NCBI GenBank assembly: GCA_964612055.1
Contig: CAZTBI010000004.1
Coordinates: 1 to 58,844 of the forward strand
Source of the DNA: an uncultured Bdellovibrionales bacterium
GTDB taxonomy: Bacteria > Patescibacteriota > Minisyncoccia > Moranbacterales > UBA1568
Length of the DNA: 58,844 nucleotides
Direction: 5' to 3'
A model generated the notes under the pieces. It searched no databases, was not told the DNA's origin, and saw only the letters and a list, made by a program, of their open reading frames with translations. Position 1 is the stretch's first letter. Every line of letters begins with the position of its first letter. Made by a program: the position numbers and the translations under genes. This document shows positions 18,964-30,786 of the stretch, piece after piece.

Positions 18964-21363
18964 TTATCCCACAACGATACTCACGATTTTGCCAGGAATG
19001 TAGATTACTTTGCGAATAGCTTTTCCGGCGATATGCGTTTGTACATTCCTATCAGCCAGCGCCTGCGACTTCACATCTTCTTCGCTCGTGCCAGTAGCAA
19101 TCGCGAGTACCGTACGCACTTTACCATTTACCTGAACAGCAACATTAACACTTTCAGCCACGATTTTTTTCGCATCGTACTTTGGCCATGGTGCGAGAAA
19201 AATGGATTTCTTTTCACCAAGCTGCGCCCACAATTCTTCCGCAATATGCGGAGCAAAAGAACTGATGAGTACTAACAATGTTTTGTAATGCTCTACAGAA
19301 AGCTTTTCAGCCTTTTCCATTTCATTCACGAGAATCATGAGTGAACTGATCGCAGTATTAAATTTGAATGCCTCAATATCTTCTGTTACTTTTTTGATCG
19401 TTTGATGAAGGAGGCTTTCAATTTTTTTCTCTGATGTCTTTGTTATTTTTCCGTGAAGCTTCCATACTTTCTCAAGAAAACGTCTCGTTCCTACCACACC
19501 GTCCGTATTCCAAGCAATCGACTGGGTAAATGGCCCCATGAACATCTCATAGAGACGGAAGGCGTCGGCTCCAAATTGGGCGACCACATCATCAGGATTG
19601 ATGACATTCCCCCAACGTTTGGACATTTTTCGTCCGTCGGAAGCCAGAATCAAGCCAAGAAACTCCAAACGAGTAAACGGTTCGGGCGTTGAAACTATCT
19701 TTTGATCATAGAGGAATTTATGCCAAAAACGAGCATAGATGAGGTGACGAGTAGCGTGATCACCACCGACATAGACATCGACGGGCATCATTTTCTTTTC
19801 CTTCTTCTTATCCACCAGAGCCTTCTTGTTGGCAGGGTCAATGAAACGAAGGTAATACCAAGAAGACCCGGCCCACTGCGGCATGGTATTGGTCTCACGC
19901 TTGGCCGCCCCTTTACACTTCGGACACTTCACATTGACCCATGAAGAAATAGTCGCGAGTGGTGATTCCCCTGTTCCTGCTGGCTGATAGGCCTTCACTT
20001 TTGGCAGTTTCACGGGCAAATCTTTTTCTGGCACTGGAACCACACCACATTTTTCACAGTGAATAATCGGGATCGGTTCTCCCCAATAACGTTGCCGAGA
20101 AAAAACCCAGTCGCGCATTTTATAATTCACCACTTTCTTTCCAATCTTTTCTTTTTTGAGCCACGCTGTCATCTTTTCCCGCGCCTCTTCTGATGTCAGG
20201 CCAGAAAATTCTTTCGAATCAACAAGTATTCCGTCGTCGGTAAAAGGCTTCCCATCAATGGAGGCCTCTTTTCCTCGTACTGATTCTCGAACCTCAAGCT
20301 GATATTTTTTTGCAAAGACACCATCACGCTCATCATGAGCAGGAACACCCATCACTGCCCCGGTACCATACGTAGCGAGTGCATAGTCAGCTATATACAC
20401 CGGGAGGCGCTCTCCAGTAAATGGATGGGCCACCTCAATACCCTCGAGACACACACCAGTCTTTTCCTTATTCAGTTCAGTGCGTTCCAGATCAGTTTTC
20501 TTTTTGGTAACAGCCAGATATTTTTTTACCTCCGAGAGATTTTTCATCTGGGATGCCAGTTTCTCCACCAGTGGATGTTCTGGTGCTACGACCACATACG
20601 TACAGCCGTAGATAGTATCCAGACGCGTTGTAAACACGCGCACCTCTTCTTCGGTGTCTACAACATAAAAAGTAACTTCAACACCTTCAGAACGACCAAT
20701 CCAGTTTTTCTGCGCCTCTTTGACCCCATCTGGCCAATCCAGTTTGGAGAGATCTCGAAGCATTTTGTCGGCATAGGCCGTGATCTTGAGTACCCACTGA
20801 CGCATCGGCCGTTTTTCTACTATACTGTCACAGCGTTCACAGCGACCTTGTTCCAGATCTTCATTGGCCAGTCCTGTCTGACACGATGGACACCAGTTAA
20901 TCGGATCAAATGATTGATAAGCAAGACCCTTGTGGAACATCTGTAAAAAGATCCACTGGGTCCATTTGTAGTACTCCGGGTCGGTGGTATTGATCTCGCG
21001 TTCCCAATCATAGGTAAAGCCAATTTTTTCTAATTGCTTCTTAAACGTAGCAATGTTCTTCTTCACCGCGACTTCTGGATGAACATTGTTCTTGATAGCG
21101 TATTGTTCTGCTGGTAACCCGAAAGCATCCCAACCCATAGGATGAAGTACCCCGTAGCCTTGCAGTTGTTTGAAGCGCGAGTAGACATCAGAAGCAATAT
21201 AGCCTTTGGGATGGCCAACATGAAGTCCTGTTCCCGAAGGGTACGGAAACATATCCAAAACATACTGCTTTTTTGGTCGTTTGTACTGGCGATACGTACC
21301 ATTGGTGTTCCAGTATTTCTGCCATTTTCCCTCAATTTTCTTCGGTTCGTAGGCCTTTTTCAT
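18964..21363 (-). CDS. leuS: Leucine-tRNA ligase
   Basis: MFPYPSG.GLHVGH, NWIGRSEG, RDWVFSRQRYWGEPIP, KMSKR. Confidence 0.98.
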   Translation of the reverse strand: MKKAYEPKKIEGKWQKYWNTNGTYRQYKRPKKQYVLDMFPYPSGTGLHVGHPKGYIASDVYSRFKQLQGYGVLHPMGWDAFGLPAEQYAIKNNVHPEVAVKKNIATFKKQLEKIGFTYDWEREINTTDPEYYKWTQWIFLQMFHKGLAYQSFDPINWCPSCQTGLANEDLEQGRCERCDSIVEKRPMRQWVLKITAYADKMLRDLSKLDWPDGVKEAQKNWIGRSEGVEVTFYVVDTEEEVRVFTTRLDTIYGCTYVVVAPEHPLVEKLASQMKNLSEVKKYLAVTKKKTDLERTELNKEKTGVCLEGIEVAHPFTGERLPVYIADYALATYGTGAVMGVPAHDERDGVFAKKYQLEVRESVRGKEASIDGKPFTDDGILVDSKEFSGLTSEEAREKMTAWLKKEKIGKKVVNYKMRDWVFSRQRYWGEPIPIIHCEKCGVVPVPEKDLPVKLPKVKAYQPAGTGESPLATISSWVNVKCPKCKGAAKRETNTMPQWAGSSWYYLRFIDPANKKALVDKKKEKKMMPVDVYVGGDHATRHLIYARFWHKFLYDQKIVSTPEPFTRLEFLGLILASDGRKMSKRWGNVINPDDVVAQFGADAFRLYEMFMGPFTQSIAWNTDGVVGTRRFLEKVWKLHGKITKTSEKKIESLLHQTIKKVTEDIEAFKFNTAISSLMILVNEMEKAEKLSVEHYKTLLVLISSFAPHIAEELWAQLGEKKSIFLAPWPKYDAKKIVAESVNVAVQVNGKVRTVLAIATGTSEEDVKSQALADRNVQTHIAGKAIRKVIYIPGKIVSIVVG

Positions 21364-21390
21364 GTCATTCTGATAGGTAATTGCTTCCTT

Positions 21391-21419
21391 ACTCTAGCGT
21401 ACTAGCGCCTTTTTTTCAA
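21391..21419 (-). promoter_or_regulatory. sigma70 promoter of leuS
   Basis: TTGAAA-N17-TAGAGT. Confidence 0.5.
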
Positions 21420-21436
21420 TCCCGCACCACTAGAAA

Positions 21437-21467
21437 AAGAAAAAACCGCAGGAGGACTTCCTGCGGT
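21437..21467 (-). terminator. Intrinsic terminator
   Basis: ACCGCAGGA...TCCTGCGGT followed by a U tract. Confidence 0.75.
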
Positions 21468-21486
21468 CTCTTTCAAAAAGGTGTCT

Positions 21487-22518
21487 TTAGCTCACTCTCC
21501 TTTTTACCACTCTCTTCTTTTCTTCGAAGCTACCAGGCCAGAATTTGACGATCATTTTCCGAGCCAACTTGTAGGCAATCCACAGAACCAAGCCGTAGAA
21601 GAAGAACATTGGCAATCCCAAGATGAGGAATATGACAATGCTCTCTAGGAAATGTCCGAGCATGCGGAGAAGCATCACAATCGACTCCTTAAACGTCTGC
21701 GTTGGACGGAATGTCTGATCTGAAGCAATTGTCGTGTCTTCGGTCACTGAAAGCGTGATCGACGCCATATCAGTCTGAGAATTCAAATAACGAAGCTGTC
21801 CTTCGAGAGATTCAATCTCACTCCGAACCATGGAAAGTTTATCGGTAATCTCGATAATATCACTGACCTTCACTGCCTTATCAAGCAGTGTTTGCAGAGC
21901 CGTTTCAGCTGCTTTCTCATTTGTGATGCGAGCCTGGATATCAATATACTGCTCAGTGACATCGGAACCTGACATGTTCTCAGAAAGCACTACGATTGCC
22001 ACTTCCTTGAAACGAGCAAACGCCTCTTCAAATCTGGATACCGGTACAGAAACCGTGATTGATCCTGTTTTCACTGAATCAGCCGACTGGCTGAAATAAC
22101 TATTGGTGATTGTTCCACCCATTTCTTCTGCTATGGATCGAACGGTATTAGTCGTCTCATCAGCATCCTTGACCTCCAGATTCATGCTGCCATTTTTGGC
22201 CATCTTGGTTCCGGCGGCCATCATCGGCGCTGCCTGACCCTCCAGTGCAACAGTGGTAGCGGGGCGAGTCCTCATACCGGTCGTAGCTCCATCAACCGCA
22301 GCGACACTCGGCATTTTCTTTTTATTCGTCGCAGCGACATTCATCGGATTCTTAGCCATCATGCCGGAAGAAACACTCACCGAAGAAACATCCGATCTGG
22401 AGTAACTCCGATGCTGCGAAAAAAACATTACTACAAAGAACACCAGCAAAAAGAAAACAAGGAATCCAACGATACCCACTACTAACGCCTTTCCAAACTT
22501 TTTTGAGACTGGCTGCAT
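21487..22518 (-). CDS. DUF4349-like membrane protein
   Basis: N- and C-terminal TM helices; ITVSVPV..F, DVTEQYIDIQARI, EIESLEGQLRYL. Confidence 0.75.
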   Translation of the reverse strand: MQPVSKKFGKALVVGIVGFLVFFLLVFFVVMFFSQHRSYSRSDVSSVSVSSGMMAKNPMNVAATNKKKMPSVAAVDGATTGMRTRPATTVALEGQAAPMMAAGTKMAKNGSMNLEVKDADETTNTVRSIAEEMGGTITNSYFSQSADSVKTGSITVSVPVSRFEEAFARFKEVAIVVLSENMSGSDVTEQYIDIQARITNEKAAETALQTLLDKAVKVSDIIEITDKLSMVRSEIESLEGQLRYLNSQTDMASITLSVTEDTTIASDQTFRPTQTFKESIVMLLRMLGHFLESIVIFLILGLPMFFFYGLVLWIAYKLARKMIVKFWPGSFEEKKRVVKRRVS

Positions 22519-22589
22519 AATTTTGTTTTAGAAAGTAAAGACGAGAATTATATATCCTCGTCTTTATTCTACTCCTCATTGTCGAAATA

Positions 22590-23039
22590 TCAAAGGCTGT
22601 TTCCGTTCGGAAGAGTCGTACCTCGTCGACTATGATGCTTGCGTGCTACTTTGATTCGGGCAAATTCTTTTTCTATCAGCGCTGCTGTACGAGCATACTC
22701 TTCATCATCCATACTGATTCGTTCTTTTTTCAAATCCTCGGCACGCTTCCTTGCTGCTTCCGCTCGAGCGAGATCGATTTCTTCAGCTCGCTCGGCGGTA
22801 TCAGCCAAGATAGAGAGCGTGCCACCGTGAAACTCTACGAAACCACCAGATGTCGCGAGGCTCGTTTCTTCACCATTCGCCTCTTTGCGGAGAATGATCT
22901 CCCCCGCCTGTAGCGCTCCAATATACGGCATGTGGTGAGACAAAATCGTTACTTCCCCACCTAAAACTGGAAGTGTCGCCTGGTACACCTCTTCTTCAAT
23001 CACGGTCCGTTCGGGAGTAACAACTTTAAATTTGATCAT
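22590..23039 (-). CDS. atpC: ATP synthase epsilon subunit
   Basis: VVTPER, GEVTILSHH, SGGFVE, ILADTAERAEEID. Confidence 0.95.
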   Translation of the reverse strand: MIKFKVVTPERTVIEEEVYQATLPVLGGEVTILSHHMPYIGALQAGEIILRKEANGEETSLATSGGFVEFHGGTLSILADTAERAEEIDLARAEAARKRAEDLKKERISMDDEEYARTAALIEKEFARIKVARKHHSRRGTTLPNGNSL

Positions 23040-23078
23040 AGACTTGAGAATATTTCTTGGCTGTCGACAACCAACCGA

Positions 23079-24479
<1,401 letters not shown>

Positions 24480-24515
24480 TTAAGGGAAAATCTTGATTAT
24501 TTATAGAAAATGCTC

Positions 24516-24544
24516 TTGACTTTTTACTATTCTCATGCTATTAT
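24516..24544 (+). promoter_or_regulatory. sigma70 promoter of orphan cassette 2 (inside atp operon, antisense)
   Basis: TTGACT-N17-TATTAT with TGn extension. Confidence 0.75.
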
Positions 24545-24593
24545 TTTTTGTTAAGTAGTTCATTTCACCTACCACCGACGAAAGGAGCTTGCC

Positions 24594-24872
24594 ATGCTCG
24601 GAGAAGAACCCGTTTTCCCCCATGACAGATCAGGCCAACAACACTTGGAGTACGCTCTCTGGAAATTCTGTGGCTTCTTGCTTCTCTGGACGGTAGCAAC
24701 CATCGCCACCGCCTACTTGGTGAGCAGGTCCCAAGCAGCTTTCTCAGTCGCGTTCTTCCAACAGGAAGCTTTCGTTTCCTTCTGCGCGCTCAGCGGAGCC
24801 ATTGCGAGCATCATTTGCCTCGTTTCGGCAGCAGAGCATGTCAAGTGGGTGTTCAAGAAAATGAGTCCGTAA
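24594..24872 (+). CDS. Small 2-TM orphan protein (92 aa)
   Basis: AAAGGAG SD 6 nt before ATG; two hydrophobic helices. Confidence 0.7.
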   Translation: MLGEEPVFPHDRSGQQHLEYALWKFCGFLLLWTVATIATAYLVSRSQAAFSVAFFQQEAFVSFCALSGAIASIICLVSAAEHVKWVFKKMSP

Positions 24873-24911
24873 ACTCCAAAGAAAAGGGCCGGGCTGAGAC
24901 ACCTTCGATGC

Positions 24912-24945
24912 AAGGCAGTTTGCATAACATGCGACTGCCTTTTTT
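24912..24945 (+). terminator. Terminator of cassette 2
   Basis: AAGGCAGT-TGCAT-AAC-ATGCG-ACTGCCTT followed by TTTT. Confidence 0.8.
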
Positions 24946-25010
24946 CTAATCTTTTTTCCAAACAACTCACGAAATTCAATTTCTTGAATTCCGAATTGTG
25001 GTTTGAAAAA

Positions 25011-25916
25011 TTACCTCTGCACTGCTGCCATGCCCGCCGACAACTCTGCGATCTCTTGGGTGATTTTTTGCTGACGAAGTTGGTTGTAGGCAAGCGTCAG
25101 ATCAGACACCATATCCTTGGCCGCATCAGTCGCATTGCGCATAGCCATCATCCGAGCTGATTCCTGTGAGGCATTACTTTCGAGGACTGCATGGTAGAGC
25201 TCCATCTCAAGCAAACGCGGAATCATCTGCCACAATACTTTCTTTGGTGTCGGTTCAATCAAATACTCGGCCTGGGACAGCTCCTCAGCTTCATTTGCAT
25301 TACCATGGCTACTCATCTCGTTCATAGCTTTCTTAGTGTCTTTGATAGCTACCGGAAGCAATGCCCGCACTTTTACCTCTTGTGATAGCATAGAAATATA
25401 GTCCGTGTAGACCATAACCACACGATCCACTCGTTTTGCTTCAAATTCTTCAATGATAAGTCGCGCGACTGGACGCATTCCCTCAGCAGTCGGCGTCACT
25501 AAAACATCAGGAAATGACGCCACAATCTCACCACCCATTCGTCGTACTGCATTCTCACCTTTTTTCCCCAGAGTGATAAAGATCCGTCCTCGCCCCTCAT
25601 CTTCTTTCAAGGTCTGACGCAGCTTCTTCACGATCTGGGCATTGAAAGCACCGCACAAACCACGATTACTCGTGATCACAACATAGAGTTCCTTCTTCAC
25701 AGGACGTTCGGTTAGGAGCACATGTTCCTCGCTCCCGACAGCGCGCTTCAACTGTTCGAGCAAAGCAATGGCACTCTTCGCATACGGACGAATGGCCAAC
25801 ACGGAAGACACGGCTTTACGCATTTTGACAGCCGAAATCATCTCCATGGCTCGGGTGATTTTTCCCGTACCCTTCACACCCTTAATGCGTCGTCTAATGT
25901 CTCGTGCCGATGCCAT
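25011..25916 (-). CDS. atpG: ATP synthase gamma subunit
   Basis: KITRAMEMISAVK, SNRGLCGAFN, ESARMMAM, RQQKITQEIAE. Confidence 0.98.
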   Translation of the reverse strand: MASARDIRRRIKGVKGTGKITRAMEMISAVKMRKAVSSVLAIRPYAKSAIALLEQLKRAVGSEEHVLLTERPVKKELYVVITSNRGLCGAFNAQIVKKLRQTLKEDEGRGRIFITLGKKGENAVRRMGGEIVASFPDVLVTPTAEGMRPVARLIIEEFEAKRVDRVVMVYTDYISMLSQEVKVRALLPVAIKDTKKAMNEMSSHGNANEAEELSQAEYLIEPTPKKVLWQMIPRLLEMELYHAVLESNASQESARMMAMRNATDAAKDMVSDLTLAYNQLRQQKITQEIAELSAGMAAVQR

Positions 25917-25919
25917 AGT

Positions 25920-27419
25920 TTAGGCTGCAAAACTCTTCTTAAATGTTTCTATGTGTTTCTTCAGTAACCCTTCCACATCTTCAGTCAGTGCCTTCTCCTT
26001 TACAATTGCTTCTCCCACTTCTTTACCCTCATTCTCGAGATAGGAGAGAAACTCACGTTCAAAACGGTTGATCTCAGAAGCGGCGATATCATCGACGTGA
26101 CCACGCGTCAGAGCATAAAGCACGGCTACTTCTTTTTCAACTGAAAGCGGTGCGTACTGTGGCTGCTTCAGCATTTCCACCGCGCGACGACCACGCTCAA
26201 TCAAAGAACGCGTTTTTTCATCAAGATCGGATCCGAACTGCGCAAAGGCTTCCAATTCTCGGAATTGAGCGAGGTCAAGACGGAGTGTTCCCGATACTTG
26301 CTTCATCGCCTTGATCTGGGCCGCCGAACCAACACGCGACACTGAGAGACCGACGTTGAGTGCCGGGCGGATGCCCTTGTAGAACAAATCTGTTTCCAAA
26401 TAAATCTGTCCATCGGTAATCGAGATGACGTTCGTCGGAATATAAGCAGAAACATCACCAGCCTGCGTTTCAATAATCGGGAGTGCTGTGAGTGATCCTC
26501 CCCCATTGTCTTTGTTCAACTTGGCACTCCGTTCCAATAAACGAGAGTGGACATAGAACACGTCTCCCGGATAAGCTTCGCGTCCTGGCGGCCGACGGAG
26601 AATAAGCGAGATCTGACGATAGGCGACTGCGTGTTTCGAAAGATCATCATACACAACCAAGACATCCTTGCCCTGATCCATGAAGTATTCTCCCAAAGCG
26701 CAGCCGGCGTACGGCGCAATAAAGGACAGCGCTGAAGGATCAGAAGCACCGGCGACGACCACGGTGGTATATTCCATAGCCCCACTCTTGGTCAGTTCAG
26801 CCACGATACGAGCCACTTTTGATTCCTTCTGTCCGATGGCGACGTAGATACAAATGACGCCCTGTCCTTTCTGGTTGATGATAGTATCGATCGCGATGGC
26901 GGTCTTTCCGGTTTGACGATCACCGATGATCAGTTCGCGCTGACCACGACCAATCGGAATCAAAGCATCAATCGCCTTGATACCAGTCTGGAGTGGTTGA
27001 TTGACTGACTGACGAGTGATGACGCCAGGAGCAATTTTTTCTACTGGATAATATGCTTTCGCTTCGATATCTCCCTTGCCGTCAATTGGCAGTCCAAGTG
27101 GTGACAGAACACGGCCGATGACACCCTCGCCTACTGGCACAGAAAGGATCTTTCCCGTACTTTTGGCGGTTGCGCCTTCACCAAGCTCGCCCGTTTCACC
27201 GAGCAGCATCACTCCCGCTTCCCCTTCCTCGAGGTTGAGTGCTACTCCCAGTGTCCCATTTTCAAACTCCACCATTTCTCCCGCCATAACCTCGGAAAGT
27301 CCGGCGACACGCGCCACACCATCTCCCACTTCCAGTACCGTTCCCACGGCCTCTTTTTTCGGCTCATGATGAAACTCGGAAATGTGCTTCTTTAGTTCTT
27401 GGATTAATGGGTTGCTCAT
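25920..27419 (-). CDS. atpA: ATP synthase alpha subunit
   Basis: [29 protein letters not shown]. Start trimmed to MSNPLIQ. Confidence 0.99.
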   Translation of the reverse strand: MSNPLIQELKKHISEFHHEPKKEAVGTVLEVGDGVARVAGLSEVMAGEMVEFENGTLGVALNLEEGEAGVMLLGETGELGEGATAKSTGKILSVPVGEGVIGRVLSPLGLPIDGKGDIEAKAYYPVEKIAPGVITRQSVNQPLQTGIKAIDALIPIGRGQRELIIGDRQTGKTAIAIDTIINQKGQGVICIYVAIGQKESKVARIVAELTKSGAMEYTTVVVAGASDPSALSFIAPYAGCALGEYFMDQGKDVLVVYDDLSKHAVAYRQISLILRRPPGREAYPGDVFYVHSRLLERSAKLNKDNGGGSLTALPIIETQAGDVSAYIPTNVISITDGQIYLETDLFYKGIRPALNVGLSVSRVGSAAQIKAMKQVSGTLRLDLAQFRELEAFAQFGSDLDEKTRSLIERGRRAVEMLKQPQYAPLSVEKEVAVLYALTRGHVDDIAASEINRFEREFLSYLENEGKEVGEAIVKEKALTEDVEGLLKKHIETFKKSFAA

Positions 27420-27434
27420 AGAAATGGTCATTAC

Positions 27435-27836
27435 TTAGGACTTACGGAGCGCTTGTTTCAAGGCTTTGGCGCGAGTAGCGAGCGTGGCATCGAAGAGCGC
27501 TTCTCGCGTACGAAGGAGAACACCACCGATGACACTCACATCTGTTTGGTATATCAAATCAATCTTCTTCTGCGGAAACGCTTTCTCCGCCACTTCCACC
27601 AAAAGAGTCTTAGTCTCAGGAGAAGCCACGTGCGCCGTGACCGCTGTCACAGAAAGCTCACCGCTTTTTTCTTGAGCCCGCTCTTCCAGACGGCGTACAA
27701 TCGAAGCAAGCTTCTTTGTCTCGCCGCGCCGTTTCAAAAAGCCGAGAAAATTTTTGACAACTTCTTTGACTTCGACGCCTGAGGCATGAGAAAGCTCTTC
27801 AAGTACTTCGGCATATTGTGAGACGGTTGGACGCAT
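27435..27836 (-). CDS. atpH: ATP synthase delta subunit (short)
   Basis: Operon position; QYAEVL, NFLGFL, VIGGVLLR, DATL. Confidence 0.8.
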   Translation of the reverse strand: MRPTVSQYAEVLEELSHASGVEVKEVVKNFLGFLKRRGETKKLASIVRRLEERAQEKSGELSVTAVTAHVASPETKTLLVEVAEKAFPQKKIDLIYQTDVSVIGGVLLRTREALFDATLATRAKALKQALRKS

Positions 27837-27853
27837 GAAAAAAGTAACAGAAA

Positions 27854-28342
27854 TTATTTCGAAACAAGCTTCTTCGTGAGGGTAGCATCCTCTTTGGCAT
27901 CAACTTTCTCACGAAGAATCTTTTCCACAGAGAGCATGACGAGGTCGCTGATTTCTTCCTTTGCAGAAGCCATAACTTTTTCCTTCTCTTCGCGGATCTT
28001 CTCTTCGGCTTCTACAAGTAAGCGGGCTACTTTGGCCTCGGTCTCATTCGCTCGTTCGAGATCACGCTTCTTAGCTCCTTCCTCAGCAGCGGCGATAAGC
28101 GCTCGAGCTTCGGTATGAGCCTGTGCCAGTACCGCTTTTTCTTTGACCTCAAGCTCACCAAGTTTCACCTGTGCGGCTTCTGCATCTTTCAGCCCCTGCT
28201 CAATCTTGGTAGCACGCTGCTCAAGAAAATCAAGCATCGGCTGATAGGCAAAACGACGCAGCACCCAAAAGAGTACTGCGAAGTTTACCGCCTGTGCCAG
28301 GAGGAGTTTCCAATCAACACCGAGTTTTGCTAAGACTTCCAT
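27854..28342 (-). CDS. atpF: ATP synthase subunit b
   Basis: LGVDWKLLLAQAVNFAVLFWVL.RFAYQP followed by coiled coil. Start trimmed to MEVLAK. Confidence 0.95.
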   Translation of the reverse strand: MEVLAKLGVDWKLLLAQAVNFAVLFWVLRRFAYQPMLDFLEQRATKIEQGLKDAEAAQVKLGELEVKEKAVLAQAHTEARALIAAAEEGAKKRDLERANETEAKVARLLVEAEEKIREEKEKVMASAKEEISDLVMLSVEKILREKVDAKEDATLTKKLVSK

Positions 28343-28499
28343 GAGAGTACGTTTACTGAAACAATGCTTCTGAGACAAGGAGCGGAGTTTTTTCTTTGGA
28401 TGCAGATCGAGGCGCAAATGAAGAACAGAGTAAGCTGTATTTCAGAATACAGTGTCGAGTACCGCAATTTGCAACAAAGAGCTGCGCCAAAGAAAAGAA

Positions 28500-28748
<249 letters not shown>

Positions 28749-28813
28749 TTAATTCTACTTATGAGACTGACCTATTATAGAGCCTTTTTCCATATCTGTC
28801 CACTTCATTTTTT

Positions 28814-29566
28814 CTAGTGTTCCGGCGCAAGCGTTGCCATTTTCAGGAAGACCAGGGTCAACATAGCAAAAACCACCGCCTGGATAAACCCAACGAACAC
28901 TTCGAGAAACATGAACGGCAGTGGCAGGAAATACGGCACCAGGTGGAGCATGACCGTAAGGAGCACTTCACCAGCAAAGACGTTTCCAAACAAACGAAAG
29001 GTGAAGGAAATAATTTTCCCTACTTCACTGACGAGCTCTAAGATACCTACTGCTGTACCGATACCGTAAGGCTTATGAAACGGGCTGATGAAAAACTTTT
29101 TGCCATACTTCACGATACCGAGCGCCGCGATACCGGTAAACTGCACCGTGATCACCGTAATGAGCGAAAGTGCCAAGGTAAAATTAAGGTCAGCCGAAGT
29201 ACTGCGAAGAAAGGGAATGATTGTATGATGACCATTGTGTTCACCGTAAATACCAACCGTCCCGAGTCCCGGCAGAAGCCCGGCCCAGTTGGAAATAAGC
29301 ACAAAGAGAAAGATGGTGGCGATGAGCGGGAAAAACTGACGCGCCTGTTTCTTGTCCTGAGTGACACTTTCTACCAATTCCAAAAGTGCTTCAAAAATAA
29401 TTTCCAAAACATTCTGCACACCCCGAGGAACCAGGGTCAAGTTCTTGGTAGCGCGCGTCGTGAGAAAAATAAGAAAGGCGCTGACGATCACGCCAATCAA
29501 AAGCGCATTGGTCACCGGAAGAAACCCAAGGCTAAACAATTTTTCTGCGGCAATAGAGATTTCCAC
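28814..29566 (-). CDS. atpB: ATP synthase subunit a (GTG start)
   Basis: SNWAGLLPG, RSTSADLN, FRLFGNVFAGE, QAVVFAML. Confidence 0.97.
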   Translation of the reverse strand: MEISIAAEKLFSLGFLPVTNALLIGVIVSAFLIFLTTRATKNLTLVPRGVQNVLEIIFEALLELVESVTQDKKQARQFFPLIATIFLFVLISNWAGLLPGLGTVGIYGEHNGHHTIIPFLRSTSADLNFTLALSLITVITVQFTGIAALGIVKYGKKFFISPFHKPYGIGTAVGILELVSEVGKIISFTFRLFGNVFAGEVLLTVMLHLVPYFLPLPFMFLEVFVGFIQAVVFAMLTLVFLKMATLAPEH

Positions 29567-29686
29567 CCCGTTAGAGATAATGATTAAAAACTACGGCACC
29601 CTTCCCTTTCACTCCAATACGTCAGAATCATTTGATTGAATATATCCACCAAAATCTCTAACGGGGTCCATGTCGTTTTAAGTATA
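29565..29686 (-). promoter_or_regulatory. atp operon leader: -10 TATACT, 20-aa uORF (29609-29671) and 14-bp helix covering the atpB start
   Basis: 29654-29667 is the exact reverse complement of 29565-29578. Confidence 0.65.
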
Positions 29687-29710
29687 CAAAAAGAAGGTTT
29701 CCCCTTCTTT
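29687..29710 (-). terminator. Terminator hairpin upstream of atp leader
   Basis: AAAGAAGG-GGAAA-CCTTCTTT-TTG. Confidence 0.6.
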
Positions 29711-29762
29711 TTTGGCGCTTCTATTGTACGTACAAAAGACACTTTCGTCAAACGTCTGATTT

Positions 29763-30512
29763 TCAGCGCTCCTGCACCTGCTTCAGTTCTTTTTCCGTCT
29801 GCTTTAGTTCTTCACTGACCACCAAGCGTTCTCGTTCAAACTGTTGCAGTACCTTTCTCTGAGCCTCTCTCAGGATAACATCTTCCTGTTCCTCGATCTT
29901 AGCTTTCAAGCTAATAATGTCCGTGCTCATCTGAGCATAATCGGCTTCCAGCCGCCCCAAATCAATACGCAGTGCCTCCATTTCTTTTTGAACTTCCTCA
30001 TCGCTTTTCGGTTCCGACAATCTGCGCTCTATTTGGGAATCCGATTCGATAAGATCGCTTTTTACCGCACCACGCAACTCACTTCCATCAGAAGATGGGG
30101 TTTCCGCCACTCTTTTAGCGGCCGCCCAAGCATCTTCTACTCCACTCCCACGAAGCTTACTCGGATCAATACGAAAATCTTCCAATCCCCCTGGACCACG
30201 AGAGATATTTACATCTTTCGCTCTTTGCTCGGCAGCTTTTCGAGGCTCAATACCGGAAGCAAGTAGGTCTTCCTCGCTCCTATCGAGACTGTGAAATTCT
30301 TTTCTCAGGACCATTTCCTTTACACGCTCGTCGCCGTCATCATCTGTCTCAACCCCCTGATCCGTCAGCTCTTGCGGGCTGATCTTAAATTCATCGATGG
30401 CACTTCCTCTAAATTCAAACGCCGGCTCTTTCGACTTTGGCTTCTCAAGCGGCGGCAGATCACTCTTCCCCACATGAAACTCAAAGTCACCTCCCCGTTC
30501 TCTTGCTCCCAT
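29763..30512 (-). CDS. Acidic orphan protein with C-terminal coiled coil
   Basis: 249-aa E/K-rich ORF with heptads; no family recognised. Confidence 0.65.
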   Translation of the reverse strand: MGARERGGDFEFHVGKSDLPPLEKPKSKEPAFEFRGSAIDEFKISPQELTDQGVETDDDGDERVKEMVLRKEFHSLDRSEEDLLASGIEPRKAAEQRAKDVNISRGPGGLEDFRIDPSKLRGSGVEDAWAAAKRVAETPSSDGSELRGAVKSDLIESDSQIERRLSEPKSDEEVQKEMEALRIDLGRLEADYAQMSTDIISLKAKIEEQEDVILREAQRKVLQQFERERLVVSEELKQTEKELKQVQER

Positions 30513-30548
30513 AAAAATATTGCTATTTTTTACTCTCTCAGTATAGCA

Positions 30549-30782
30549 CTATTGGCCCGAACCCTTGTGGAGAAGCTCCTGGCGGCGCATTTCATACTTC
30601 GCCCGCTCATTGATGATCTGAGCCAGTATTCCCTCGAGTTCCCTCGTCCCTTGGTTACTCCGAGCTACATTGTCCAAGTCAACAGTCAACTCACCAATCT
30701 TCTCCTCTATCTCTTGCATTGTCATATCCTCCAGCTTTTTCTCTGGCGGAGTATTAGGCATCATCGGTGGTTGTTCTGGCAT
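30549..30782 (-). CDS. Small coiled-coil orphan protein
   Basis: MPEQPPMMPNTPP start 4 nt after tatD stop; helical E/K-rich. Confidence 0.6.
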   Translation of the reverse strand: MPEQPPMMPNTPPEKKLEDMTMQEIEEKIGELTVDLDNVARSNQGTRELEGILAQIINERAKYEMRRQELLHKGSGQ

Positions 30783-30786
30783 AGGT

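Noticed and set aside
18834-19019. 61-aa ORF after cassette 1
   Set aside because: No SD, crosses the terminator and REP-like unit, and overlaps the end of leuS.
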